The notes below the pieces were generated by a model. The model did no database searches. It was not told where the DNA came from and was given only the letters and a program-made list of their open reading frames with translations. Of a stretch of 50,021 bases of DNA, positions 20,088 to 28,266 are shown in pieces. The first letter of the stretch is position 1. Every line of letters starts with the position of its first letter. This DNA is from Patescibacteria group bacterium (GTDB taxonomy: Bacteria > Patescibacteriota > Patescibacteriia > SG8-24 > DYFX01). The DNA lies in assembly GCA_038062835.1 (NCBI GenBank), contig JBBTWH010000020.1:1-50021 (forward strand). Reading direction: 5' to 3'. The position numbers and the translations under genes are program-made.

Positions 20088-21992
20088 ATGGCATTCACGC
20101 CGGCATCGTTGAAACAGGACGTCGCGCCCGCCCCCAAGCGGGAGAAGCGCGCCATGACCGCCGAAGAGCGCAAGCGCCTTTCCCAAGATGAGCGCATCAA
20201 GCTCGAGGAGGAGCGCGTCTACCGCAAGGGCGCCGCTTCCATCCGCGACCTCATCGCGCCTTCCGGAATGGAGGTCAGGCCCGACAAGGTCAGGCTCGGC
20301 GACCTTTACGCGCGCACCATCTTCGTCGTCACCTACCCTCGCTACCTGTCGATGGGCTGGTTCACGCCGATCATCAACTTCTCGGCGACGATGGACGTCG
20401 CCATGTTCTTCTACCCCGTCAAGCCGGAGATCATCCTGAAGCAGCTGAAGAACAAGGTCGGCATCCTGGAAGCCCAGATCATGAGCGACGCCGAAAAGGG
20501 CGCGGCTCGCGACCCCCTGCGCGAGACGGCGCTGCGCGACATCGAAGGCCTGCGTGACGACCTGACCCAGGGCATCGAGCACTTCTTCCAGTTCGCCCTG
20601 TACGTCACCGTCTATGCGCCTTCGGAGAAGGAACTCGACGAGCTGAACAACCAGATCGAGGGAATCTTCGGATCGAGGCTCATCTACACCAAGCGCGTCC
20701 TGTACCAGTCCGAGCAAGGCTTCAACTCGACCTTGCCGATCGGCAACGACGAGCTGATGATCACCTTCAACATGAACACGAGCCCGATCGCCTCGGGCTT
20801 CCCGTTCGTCTCGGCCGACCTGACGTCCGACAACGGCATCCTGTACGGCATCAACCGCCACAACAACAGCCTCATCCTCTTCGACCGCTTCTCGCTGCAG
20901 AACGCCAACGCGGTCGTCTTCGCCACTTCCGGCGCCGGCAAGAGCTACACCGTCAAGCTTGAGGTGCTGCGTTCGCTCATGGTCGGGGTCGAGGTCATCA
21001 TCATCGACCCGGAAATGGAGTACAAGCACCTTTCCGACGCGGTCGGCGGAACCTACATCAACATCTCGCTCGCGTCGGACGCGAAACTGAACGTCTTCGA
21101 CCTGCCGCGCCCGGTGGGGGAGGACGTGCGCTCCGAAGACATCATCCGTTCCGCCGTCATCGCCGTGAAAGGGCTGATGCGCATCATGTTCGGCACGATG
21201 ACGACGGCCGAAGACTCCATCATCGACCGCGCGCTTCTCGAGACCTACGCCAAGAAGGACATCGTTCCGGGCGTGGACCTCGCGACCGTCGAGCCGCCGG
21301 TCATGTCGGACTTCCAGCAGGTGCTGGAGGGCATCACCGGTACCCAGGATCTCCAGATCAAGCTCCGCAAGTACATCGACGGCACCTTCTCCGGGCTGCT
21401 CAACTCGCCGACGACCGTCGAGATGGACAACAAGCTCGTCATCTTCAGCGTCCGCGACCTCGAGGACGAGCTGCGCCCGATGGCCGTCTACACCATCGTC
21501 AACTACATCTGGAACATCGTCCGCTCGGAACGCAAGAAGCGCATCCTGGTCATCGACGAGGCCTGGTGGCTGATGCAGCACGACGACTCCGCCAAGTTCA
21601 TCTTCGCCCTGGTCAAGCGCTGCCGCAAATACTACTTGGGCGTCACGACCATCACCCAGGACGTCAACGACTTCCTGCGTTCGCCGTACGGACAGGCCAT
21701 CGTCACCAACTCCTCGATGCAGATGCTGCTCAAGCAGTCCTCGGCCTCCGTCGACCTGGTGCAGAAGACCTTCCTGCTGACGGAAGGGGAGAAGTTCCTG
21801 CTGCTCGAAGCCGGCGTCGGCGAAGGCATCTTCTTCGCCGGCCCGCGCCACGCGGCCATCAAGGTCGTCGCCTCCTACGCGGAAGACCAGATCATCACCT
21901 CCGATCCGAAGCAGCTGCTGGAGATCGAGAACTCCAAGAAAGAACTTGACGCTCAGCTCCTTGCCGCGGCGGAAGGCAAATCAAACGTATGA
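20088..21992 (+). CDS. virB4: VirB4-like type IV secretion ATPase
   Basis: Walker A ATSGAGKS, IIIDPEMEY, Walker B LVIDEAW, RCRKY..GVTTITQDV.DF. Confidence 0.9.
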   Translation: MAFTPASLKQDVAPAPKREKRAMTAEERKRLSQDERIKLEEERVYRKGAASIRDLIAPSGMEVRPDKVRLGDLYARTIFVVTYPRYLSMGWFTPIINFSATMDVAMFFYPVKPEIILKQLKNKVGILEAQIMSDAEKGAARDPLRETALRDIEGLRDDLTQGIEHFFQFALYVTVYAPSEKELDELNNQIEGIFGSRLIYTKRVLYQSEQGFNSTLPIGNDELMITFNMNTSPIASGFPFVSADLTSDNGILYGINRHNNSLILFDRFSLQNANAVVFATSGAGKSYTVKLEVLRSLMVGVEVIIIDPEMEYKHLSDAVGGTYINISLASDAKLNVFDLPRPVGEDVRSEDIIRSAVIAVKGLMRIMFGTMTTAEDSIIDRALLETYAKKDIVPGVDLATVEPPVMSDFQQVLEGITGTQDLQIKLRKYIDGTFSGLLNSPTTVEMDNKLVIFSVRDLEDELRPMAVYTIVNYIWNIVRSERKKRILVIDEAWWLMQHDDSAKFIFALVKRCRKYYLGVTTITQDVNDFLRSPYGQAIVTNSSMQMLLKQSSASVDLVQKTFLLTEGEKFLLLEAGVGEGIFFAGPRHAAIKVVASYAEDQIITSDPKQLLEIENSKKELDAQLLAAAEGKSNV

Positions 21993-22567
21993 CGCCACGC
22001 CGCCGCGCGCTCTTCATCGTCGGACTCTCCCTGATCCTCATCGGCATTATCGTGTTCTCCGTGCTGCTCCTCCGCAGGACGGTGGCTCAGCCGCCTGTTC
22101 CTGAACAAGTCGAGCCTGACCTGACGCAGATCACCGAGTCCGCGCCTGCGCCGAGCGATTTCGTGAACCCGCTTATCGTGGAGCCCGAGCCGGCGCTGGG
22201 CAGCACGGCAAGCCGGCAGATGGCCGAACTGTTCGCGGAGCGGTATGGAAGCTACTCGAACCAGGGCGACTACGAGAACCTGCGCGACCTCTTGCCGATC
22301 ATGACCGCGAGATACCGCCGATCGACCGAGGCGTTCCTGAAGACGGCCGAGAGCCGATCGGGCCAGCCGTTCGAAGGCGTGACCAGCAAGAAGGTCTCGG
22401 CCGAAACCAGGAACATCGACGACGACTCCGCCGTCATCGCCGTCTCTCTCCAGCAGGAGAGGACGTCCGGAAGCGCTGCCCCGACCGTCGGCTATCGCAC
22501 GCTCCGGATGGAGCTTCAGCTCGTCGGCGACGACTGGCGCGTCGACGCCTCATCGTGGGAGGATTAG
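21989..22567 (+). CDS. Bitopic membrane protein, possible VirB8/TcpC-like NTF2 fold
   Basis: N-terminal TM, Pro-rich stalk, FAERYGSYSNQ...DWRVD; ATGA-coupled to virB4. Confidence 0.6.
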   Translation: MTPRRRALFIVGLSLILIGIIVFSVLLLRRTVAQPPVPEQVEPDLTQITESAPAPSDFVNPLIVEPEPALGSTASRQMAELFAERYGSYSNQGDYENLRDLLPIMTARYRRSTEAFLKTAESRSGQPFEGVTSKKVSAETRNIDDDSAVIAVSLQQERTSGSAAPTVGYRTLRMELQLVGDDWRVDASSWED

Positions 22568-22606
22568 TTGACGCCCGCGCCCAGAAAAGAGTACAAACGC
22601 GCCCGT

Positions 22607-23248
22607 ATGGGGCGCGTTTTGGATATCATCTTTCCGCTCGAGTGCGTCGCCTGCGGAGAGCCAGGCACGCACGCTTGCGCCGCGTGCTTGGCGTCCGTGG
22701 CGCTCGCGCCGAGGCTTTTCGATGATGGGGGGCCGCGGACGGCCGTCGGTTTCGCGTACGCCCAGCCGCTCGTGCGACGACTCCTGCACGACGCCAAATA
22801 TGAAGGATGGACCTGCGCTTTGGATCCGCTCGAGACGCTCGCGCGTCGATGGGCCTCCAAGGCCGGCGGAATCTTCCCGGCGGATGCGGCCGTCGCGGCG
22901 GTTCCTCTGCACCCGTCGCGTCTGCGCTCGAGGGACTTCAACCAGGCCGAGAGCCTTGCGCGCGCGGTCGCTTCGGCGACGGGTCGGAAGCGCGCGGACG
23001 GCTTCCTGGCGCGCGTCAGGCGCACGCGCTCGCAGACCGGCACGGACGACCGACAGGGGAACGTACGCGGGGCGTTCCTCTGCGGACGTCTGCCTGCCGC
23101 GCTCATCGGCCGTCCGTTCCTGCTGGTCGATGACGTCCGTACCAGCGGCGCGACGATGGGGGAGTGCGCCGCGGCCCTACGTGCGGCGGGTTCCGGGCCA
23201 GTCCACGGTTTCGCGCTGGCCTGGGGGAGCGGCCTTCCCAAGGACTAG
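22607..23248 (+). CDS. comF: ComF family protein (Zn ribbon plus PRTase)
   Basis: LDIIFP.CxxC...CxxC, VPLH..R...R.FNQ, LLVDDVRTSGATM; start 22607 preferred over TTG 22568. Confidence 0.9.
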   Translation: MGRVLDIIFPLECVACGEPGTHACAACLASVALAPRLFDDGGPRTAVGFAYAQPLVRRLLHDAKYEGWTCALDPLETLARRWASKAGGIFPADAAVAAVPLHPSRLRSRDFNQAESLARAVASATGRKRADGFLARVRRTRSQTGTDDRQGNVRGAFLCGRLPAALIGRPFLLVDDVRTSGATMGECAAALRAAGSGPVHGFALAWGSGLPKD

Positions 23249-23272
23249 GAAAAATCGTAATGTGAGCGGGAT

Positions 23273-23360
23273 GGAGGGGTGGCCGAGCGGTTTAAGGCAA
23301 CAGTCTTGAAAACTGTAGATCCGCAAGGATCCGTGAGTTCGAATCTCACCCCCTCCGCCA
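23273..23360 (+). tRNA. tRNA-Ser(TGA)
   Basis: GGAGGGG/CCCCTCC acceptor, ACAGT-CTTGAAA-ACTGT anticodon arm, long variable arm, GTTCGAATC, encoded CCA. Confidence 0.97.
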
Positions 23361-23389
23361 TGGACAAGTCACGGGGAAACCACTAGAAT
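23361..23389 (+). promoter_or_regulatory. Sigma70-type promoter for the second tRNA-Ser
   Basis: TGGACA-17 nt-TAGAAT. Confidence 0.6.
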
Positions 23390-23400
23390 ACGCCTGTTCG

Positions 23401-23489
23401 GGAGGGTTGCGCCGAATGGTAAGGCAGCAGTTTGCTAAACTGCGACCGGGCAACTGGTCTTGTGGGTTCGATCCCCACACCCTCCGCCA
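23401..23489 (+). tRNA. tRNA-Ser(GCT)
   Basis: GGAGGGT/ACCCTCC acceptor, GCAGT-TTGCTAA-ACTGC, long variable arm, GGTTCGATCC, CCA. Confidence 0.97.
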
Positions 23490-23491
23490 TG

Positions 23492-23519
23492 AAAATCGGA
23501 GCCGGGAGGCTCCGATTTT
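23492..23519. terminator. Intrinsic terminator-like hairpin after tRNA-Ser
   Basis: AAAATCGGAGCC-GGGA-GGCTCCGATTTT. Confidence 0.75.
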
Positions 23520-23546
23520 GACGTTTTTATGGTATACTTGTCCCAT

Positions 23547-24059
23547 ATGGCAATGGATACCAAGGAGGACATCTTGGACGCCATCGAGGACCAGGGCGAG
23601 CGCGTCTTCGGCTGGCTTGTCGATGAATACGAGCGCCACGAGCGCGGACCTGTCTGGTACGCTATCTCGTTCCTGGTCGGCGTCGCCCTCATCCTGTACG
23701 CCCTCATCACCCAGAACTTCCTGTTCGCCATCATCCTCGTGATGTTCGGGGTCATCATCGGCCTCTCCACGCTGCGCGATCCGGAACGGATCCTCTTCCA
23801 AGTCACGACCCGCGGCGTCGCCGTCGGGCACCTGTTCGTGCCGTTCAAGGAGCTGAAGGACTTCTGGATCGTCTACGAGCCGCCGTACGTGAAGAACCTC
23901 TATATCGAACACAAGAACGCGCTGACGCCCAGGATCGTCGTCCCTATCGATGACGCCGATCCGGTCGACGTGCGCCGTGCGCTGCTCGAATATCTGAACG
24001 AAGACGGACGCACGGAAGAGCCGCTCGGTGACCTCCTCGGACGAGTCCTCAAGCTCTAG
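23547..24059 (+). CDS. Membrane protein with two TMs and a small soluble domain (DUF5673-like)
   Basis: W..DEY...ERGPVWY, two TMs, FKELKDFWI; TGGTATACT extended -10 at 23530-23538 suggests start 23547 or 23553. Confidence 0.75.
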   Translation: MAMDTKEDILDAIEDQGERVFGWLVDEYERHERGPVWYAISFLVGVALILYALITQNFLFAIILVMFGVIIGLSTLRDPERILFQVTTRGVAVGHLFVPFKELKDFWIVYEPPYVKNLYIEHKNALTPRIVVPIDDADPVDVRRALLEYLNEDGRTEEPLGDLLGRVLKL

Positions 24060-24127
24060 CATGGCCTGCCACGTGAACCGCGCTGAAGGAAGCCGCGCAA
24101 GATCCTCGCTCTCACCAGGACACGCGG

Positions 24128-24167
24128 CACGTAAAAACCGCTCCCTCACGGGCGCGGTTTTTACGTG
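24128..24167. terminator. Bidirectional terminator-like hairpin overlapping the tRNA-Arg 3' end
   Basis: CACGTAAAAACCGC ... GCGGTTTTTACGTG 14-bp inverted repeat. Confidence 0.7.
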
Positions 24168-24242
24168 GTGAGCCCAGAACGATTCGAACGTTCGGCCTCA
24201 GCCTTCGCAGGGCTGCGCTCTATCCAGCTGAGCTATGGGCTC
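24166..24242 (-). tRNA. tRNA-Arg(GCG)
   Basis: Reverse complement GAGCCCATAGCTCAGCTGGATAGAGCG-CAGCC-CTGCGAA-GGCTG-AGGCC-GAACG-TTCGAAT-CGTTC-TGGGCTC-A-CCA. Confidence 0.96.
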
Positions 24243-24323
24243 ACGACGTCGCTACCTGACGAGCTGCCGGTCGCACGGGCTGAGCCCGCGCTCCCTATCG
24301 CTCGTCAGTCGCTCCTCCTTCGC

Positions 24324-24343
24324 GCCCCGACGTACGTCGGGGC
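24324..24343. repeat. Perfect 20-bp palindrome, 18-bp core shared with 47441-47458
   Basis: GCCCCGACGTACGTCGGGGC. Confidence 0.8.
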
Positions 24344-24400
24344 TTGATGGCATTCAAGGTGTTTCGTGCGGTCGCGCGAAAACGTCCTTTGAACGGGGAT

Positions 24401-24429
24401 ACTGTATCTGAAACGTCAGGAAACGTCAA
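24401..24429 (-). promoter_or_regulatory. Sigma70-type promoter for tRNA-Arg
   Basis: Minus strand TTGACG-17 nt-TACAGT. Confidence 0.7.
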
Positions 24430-24482
24430 TCTGGCACTGGCTGGCCTGTTCGCCATAGGCGGGTGCTATACTGCCCCTACCT

Positions 24483-26510
24483 ATGGGGATTTCTCCTCAA
24501 ACGCCGGTGTCCGAGCTGGGCAGGCTCGGGGCCAGGCTGGCGCGACAGATGAAGGGAATGGGCATCGTCACTGTGCGTGACCTGCTTTTCCATCTGCCGT
24601 TCCGGTACGACGACCTCTCCCAGGCGGCACCCTTGACGGGTCCTTCCGAAGGCCCGGTGACAGTCAGGGTCCGCATCGACATGATCCGCTCACGCCGATC
24701 CGCCAAGAAGAACATGCTCCTGACGGAAGCGACCGTTTCCGACGAAGCCGGGACGGCCAAGGTCGTCTGGTTCCGCCAGCCGTTCATCGCCAAGGTGCTC
24801 AAGCCCGGCGACCGCGTGCTCATGTCCGGCAAGCTCGAAGCGACGCCGTGGGGTCTGGAACTCGTGAATCCGACGTATGAGAAGGAGACTTCGGACGCCC
24901 CAGTCCACACGGGCCGTCTCGTACCGGTCTACCCTTCCTCAGGCGACCTGACGCCGAAACAGATCCGCGCGCTTCTGCACGACGCGCTGCCGGCCGCGGA
25001 TGAGTTGGAGGAGTCCCTTCCCGCCTCCGTCGTCTCCGACGCCAGGTTGCTCGGACTCCGCGAGGCCTTGCGCGTCATCCACTTCCCGGATTCGATGGCG
25101 GCCGCCGACGCCGCCGACCGGCGCTTCCGTTTCGAAGAGCTCTTCCTTTTTCAGCTGCGCGGCGCCTGGGCGCGGCGCGCGCTCGAACTGAAGAAAGGGC
25201 CGACGATCCCGTTCGACGAGGCTTCGACGCGCGCGTTCGTCGCCGCGCTCCCGTTCGCGATGACCGGCGACCAGAAGCGCGTCGTCTGGCGCATCCTGCA
25301 AGACCTCGGCAGCGGCCGCCCGATGCAGCGGCTGGTCGAGGGGGACGTCGGCAGCGGCAAGACGGTCGTGGCCGCCATGGCCATGCATGCCTGCGCGCTC
25401 GTGGGCCACAAGAGCCTGCTTATGGCGCCGACGGAGATCCTGGCCGAACAGCACTTCGCCACCATCAGCCGCCTCCTGGAGCATACGCCGTTCCGCGCGG
25501 CGCTCCGCACCGCCTCCCGCAAGGACGATCACGACGGAGCGTCGGTGATCGTCGGTACGCACGCGCTCCTCTCGAAAGGCTTCGCGCCGAAACACGTGGC
25601 GCTCGTCGTCGTCGACGAACAGCACCGCTTCGGCGTGGCCCAGCGGCAGGAGCTCCTCGCCAAGCTGCCCCCGCCGACGGAAGGGGAGATCCCGCACTTC
25701 CTCTCGATGACCGCCACGCCCATCCCGCGTTCGCTCGCGCTCGCTTTGTACGGCGATGTCGACTTCTCTGCCCTGCGTGAGATGCCTCCGGGCCGAAAGC
25801 CCGTCGCGACGGAACTCGTCGGCGGGCAAGGGAGGCGCGCGATGCTCGATCACGTCCGTCGCGAGGCCGGGGAAGGCCGCAAGACCTTCGTCGTCTGCCC
25901 GCTCATCGAGCCGTCCGATACGCTCGGCGTGAAATCCGCCGAGGAAGAAGTCGAGCGTCTCCGCGGTGAGCTTCCTGATCTGGAGATCGCGCTTCTGCAC
26001 GGTCGGATGAAGCCGCAGGAGAAACGCGATGTCATGGCCGAGTTCGCCGACGGCTCCACGGACGTCCTCGTCTCGACGACCGTCATCGAGGTCGGTGTCG
26101 ACGTGCCGAAGGCCACGACGATGATCGTCGAAGGCGCCGAGCGCTTCGGTCTCGCCCAGCTGCACCAGCTGCGGGGCCGCGTCGGCAGGAGCGATCTCCC
26201 TTCGCGCTGTTACCTGGCCGCCACGCACGGCGCGCCTCAAGCCATCGAGCGTCTGCAAGCCTTCGTCCGCGCCAAGGACTGTTTCGAGCTGTCGGAGCTC
26301 GACCTCCGATTCCGCGGCCCCGGCAGCCTGTTCGGCGAACAGCAATCCGGTTTCGGCGATCTCCGGCGCTTCCGTCCCGACGACACGCGCATGATCGAGG
26401 AAGCCAAGCGCGCAGTCGTCTCGCTGATGGAGGACGATCCGGACCTCTTCGCGCACGTCGCGCTCAAAAAGAAAATCTCGGCCGAGGCCGAGACGGTGCA
26501 TCTGGAGTGA
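24483..26510 (+). CDS. recG: ATP-dependent DNA helicase RecG
   Basis: LPFRYDD, wedge OB domain, GDVGSGKT, DEQHRFG, MTATPIPR, GLAQLHQLRGRVGR, DL.FRGPG; TGCTATACT promoter at 24464-24472. Confidence 0.97.
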   Translation: MGISPQTPVSELGRLGARLARQMKGMGIVTVRDLLFHLPFRYDDLSQAAPLTGPSEGPVTVRVRIDMIRSRRSAKKNMLLTEATVSDEAGTAKVVWFRQPFIAKVLKPGDRVLMSGKLEATPWGLELVNPTYEKETSDAPVHTGRLVPVYPSSGDLTPKQIRALLHDALPAADELEESLPASVVSDARLLGLREALRVIHFPDSMAAADAADRRFRFEELFLFQLRGAWARRALELKKGPTIPFDEASTRAFVAALPFAMTGDQKRVVWRILQDLGSGRPMQRLVEGDVGSGKTVVAAMAMHACALVGHKSLLMAPTEILAEQHFATISRLLEHTPFRAALRTASRKDDHDGASVIVGTHALLSKGFAPKHVALVVVDEQHRFGVAQRQELLAKLPPPTEGEIPHFLSMTATPIPRSLALALYGDVDFSALREMPPGRKPVATELVGGQGRRAMLDHVRREAGEGRKTFVVCPLIEPSDTLGVKSAEEEVERLRGELPDLEIALLHGRMKPQEKRDVMAEFADGSTDVLVSTTVIEVGVDVPKATTMIVEGAERFGLAQLHQLRGRVGRSDLPSRCYLAATHGAPQAIERLQAFVRAKDCFELSELDLRFRGPGSLFGEQQSGFGDLRRFRPDDTRMIEEAKRAVVSLMEDDPDLFAHVALKKKISAEAETVHLE

Positions 26511-26519
26511 GGTGGACGC

Positions 26520-26873
26520 TTACGGCGCGTGCGGCTCTTCTGCCAGTTTGGGAAAGAGTTCTTCCAAACGCTGCGTGATCTGCTTGGCCGAGAAGCCCTC
26601 CGCTGCCGCAAGCGAGAACGCGTTCACGAGCATCTTGCAGACGATGTCGAGCATGGCGTTTTTTGCGTCGCAATCGAAGACATGCCTACCGGAATGATCC
26701 GCTTGTTCGAGGATGCCAGCCATCAATCCGGCTTGCTTGGAAAAATGCAGCAACACGTGCTTGCGCATGAATACGGTGCGCCAGCCCTCTGCCAAGCCCT
26801 CAATGCCAGGATAATTCTGATCGGTCTTCGGGAACAGATCCGGCATGCGATCGAGAATGACCTTGATGTCCAT
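26520..26873 (-). CDS. Small helical hypothetical protein (possible MazG-like fold)
   Basis: AGGAGG SD before ATG 26873; HVLLHFSKQAG..AGILEQADH; directly downstream of radA. Confidence 0.6.
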   Translation of the reverse strand: MDIKVILDRMPDLFPKTDQNYPGIEGLAEGWRTVFMRKHVLLHFSKQAGLMAGILEQADHSGRHVFDCDAKNAMLDIVCKMLVNAFSLAAAEGFSAKQITQRLEELFPKLAEEPHAP

Positions 26874-26901
26874 TGTTTCCTCCTGCTCCAAGCCTACAAG
26901 T

Positions 26902-28209
26902 TCAAAAGAGTTTTGCCAAGGCTTCCTTCAGATGTTTGGCGCCATTGGCGCTCACCACGTGGGTGAAGTTCAGGCGCTTCGCTTCCGCCTCACGCTTGTC
27001 GAGCATCGGGACGGCGCGGAGCTCGCCGCCCAGGCCGACTTCGCCGATGGCGACCAGGTCGGCGGGTAGGGATTTGCCGGAGAGGGCCGAGGCGACCGCC
27101 AGCACGACCGCGGCGTCAGCGGCCGGTTCCTTCACCTTGTAGCCGCCCGCGACGTTCAGATGCACGTCGTGCGTCTGCGTGGGGATGCCCAGGCGTTCCG
27201 TCATCACGGCCAGCAGGACTTGCAGGCGGTTGGCGTCGAAGCCGGAAGCGCGGCGCTGGGGATAGCCGAAGGTGGTGCGCGAGGCCAGCGCTTGGATCTC
27301 GACCAGGATGGGCCGCGTGCCTTCCATGATGCAGGTCACGACCGAGCCTGGCACGTCCTTGGAGCGGTCGCTCAGGAAGAATGACGACGGATTCGCGACT
27401 TCCTTCAAGCCCGAAGCGCCCATCTCGAACACGCCGACCTCGTCGGTGGCGCCGAAGCGGTTCTTGGCGGTGCGGAGCAGGCGATAGTTGGAGGAACGGT
27501 CGCCCTCGAAGGAGATGACCACGTCCACGAGGTGCTCGAGCGTCTTGGGACCGGCCACGTCACCGTCCTTGGTGACCTGGCCGACGATCATCATCGGCAC
27601 GCCGCTCTTCTTGGCGTATTCCATCAGCTGGGCGGTCATGGCGCGGATCTGCGTCGCGCCGCCCTGGGCGCCGCCGTTCTCGGGGGAGGAGAGCGTCTGG
27701 ATGGAATCGATGATGGCGAGCGAAGGCTTCACGGCGTCGATGGTGGCCAGCACGGTCGTGAGGTCGGTCTCGGCCAGGAACTTCAGGGTGGGCGCGGCCA
27801 GGCCGAGACGCTCGAAACGCAGCGCGACCTGTTCGGCCGATTCCTCGCCCGAAGCGTACAGGACGTTCGGGAGCGCGGCCGCCACCTGGAGGAGGAGCGT
27901 CGATTTGCCGATGCCCGGCTCGCCCGAGAGCAGCGCCAGGGAACCGGGGACCAATCCGCCGCCGAGCACGCGGTCGAATTCGGCGATTCCGGTCGGCCGA
28001 TGCGCGGTCTTCGAGCCTTTCAGTTCGGCGAGCGAGAACGTCTTTCCGGGCCGACCCGCTGCGGCAGGAGACGGCTTCTTCGTTTCGGGCACGCCAGCCG
28101 TTTCCGCCACGGTGCCCCACCCCCCGCATTCCAAACAACGCCCGCTCCACTTGGTGGACTGGGCGTCGCATTTGGTGCAGATGAACAGCGCGGCGGTCTT
28201 GGCGCTCAT
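26902..28209 (-). CDS. radA: DNA repair protein RadA/Sms
   Basis: C4 Zn finger CTKC..WSGRCLEC, GEPGIGKST, IIDSIQ, KNRFG, Lon-like C-terminus. Confidence 0.97.
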   Translation of the reverse strand: MSAKTAALFICTKCDAQSTKWSGRCLECGGWGTVAETAGVPETKKPSPAAAGRPGKTFSLAELKGSKTAHRPTGIAEFDRVLGGGLVPGSLALLSGEPGIGKSTLLLQVAAALPNVLYASGEESAEQVALRFERLGLAAPTLKFLAETDLTTVLATIDAVKPSLAIIDSIQTLSSPENGGAQGGATQIRAMTAQLMEYAKKSGVPMMIVGQVTKDGDVAGPKTLEHLVDVVISFEGDRSSNYRLLRTAKNRFGATDEVGVFEMGASGLKEVANPSSFFLSDRSKDVPGSVVTCIMEGTRPILVEIQALASRTTFGYPQRRASGFDANRLQVLLAVMTERLGIPTQTHDVHLNVAGGYKVKEPAADAAVVLAVASALSGKSLPADLVAIGEVGLGGELRAVPMLDKREAEAKRLNFTHVVSANGAKHLKEALAKLF

Positions 28210-28215
28210 GCGGGC

Positions 28216-28246
28216 ACTATAGGAGAGGGAAGGGCGAACGTGTCAA
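28216..28246 (-). promoter_or_regulatory. radA promoter; leaderless-type
   Basis: TTGACA-19 nt-TATAGT-6 nt-ATG on the minus strand. Confidence 0.6.
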
Positions 28247-28266
28247 CTGGTCGGTAAGCGCGATCT

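Noticed and set aside
4553-23489. ICE or conjugative element integrated at tRNA-Ser
   Set aside because: No integrase, relaxase or coupling protein, no duplicated tRNA 3' end seen, and the cluster is continuous with rsmA and comF
26529-26966. Plus-strand 145-aa ORF after recG
   Set aside because: The opposite-strand ORF has a strong SD and follows radA; the plus ORF overlaps the radA end and lacks start signals
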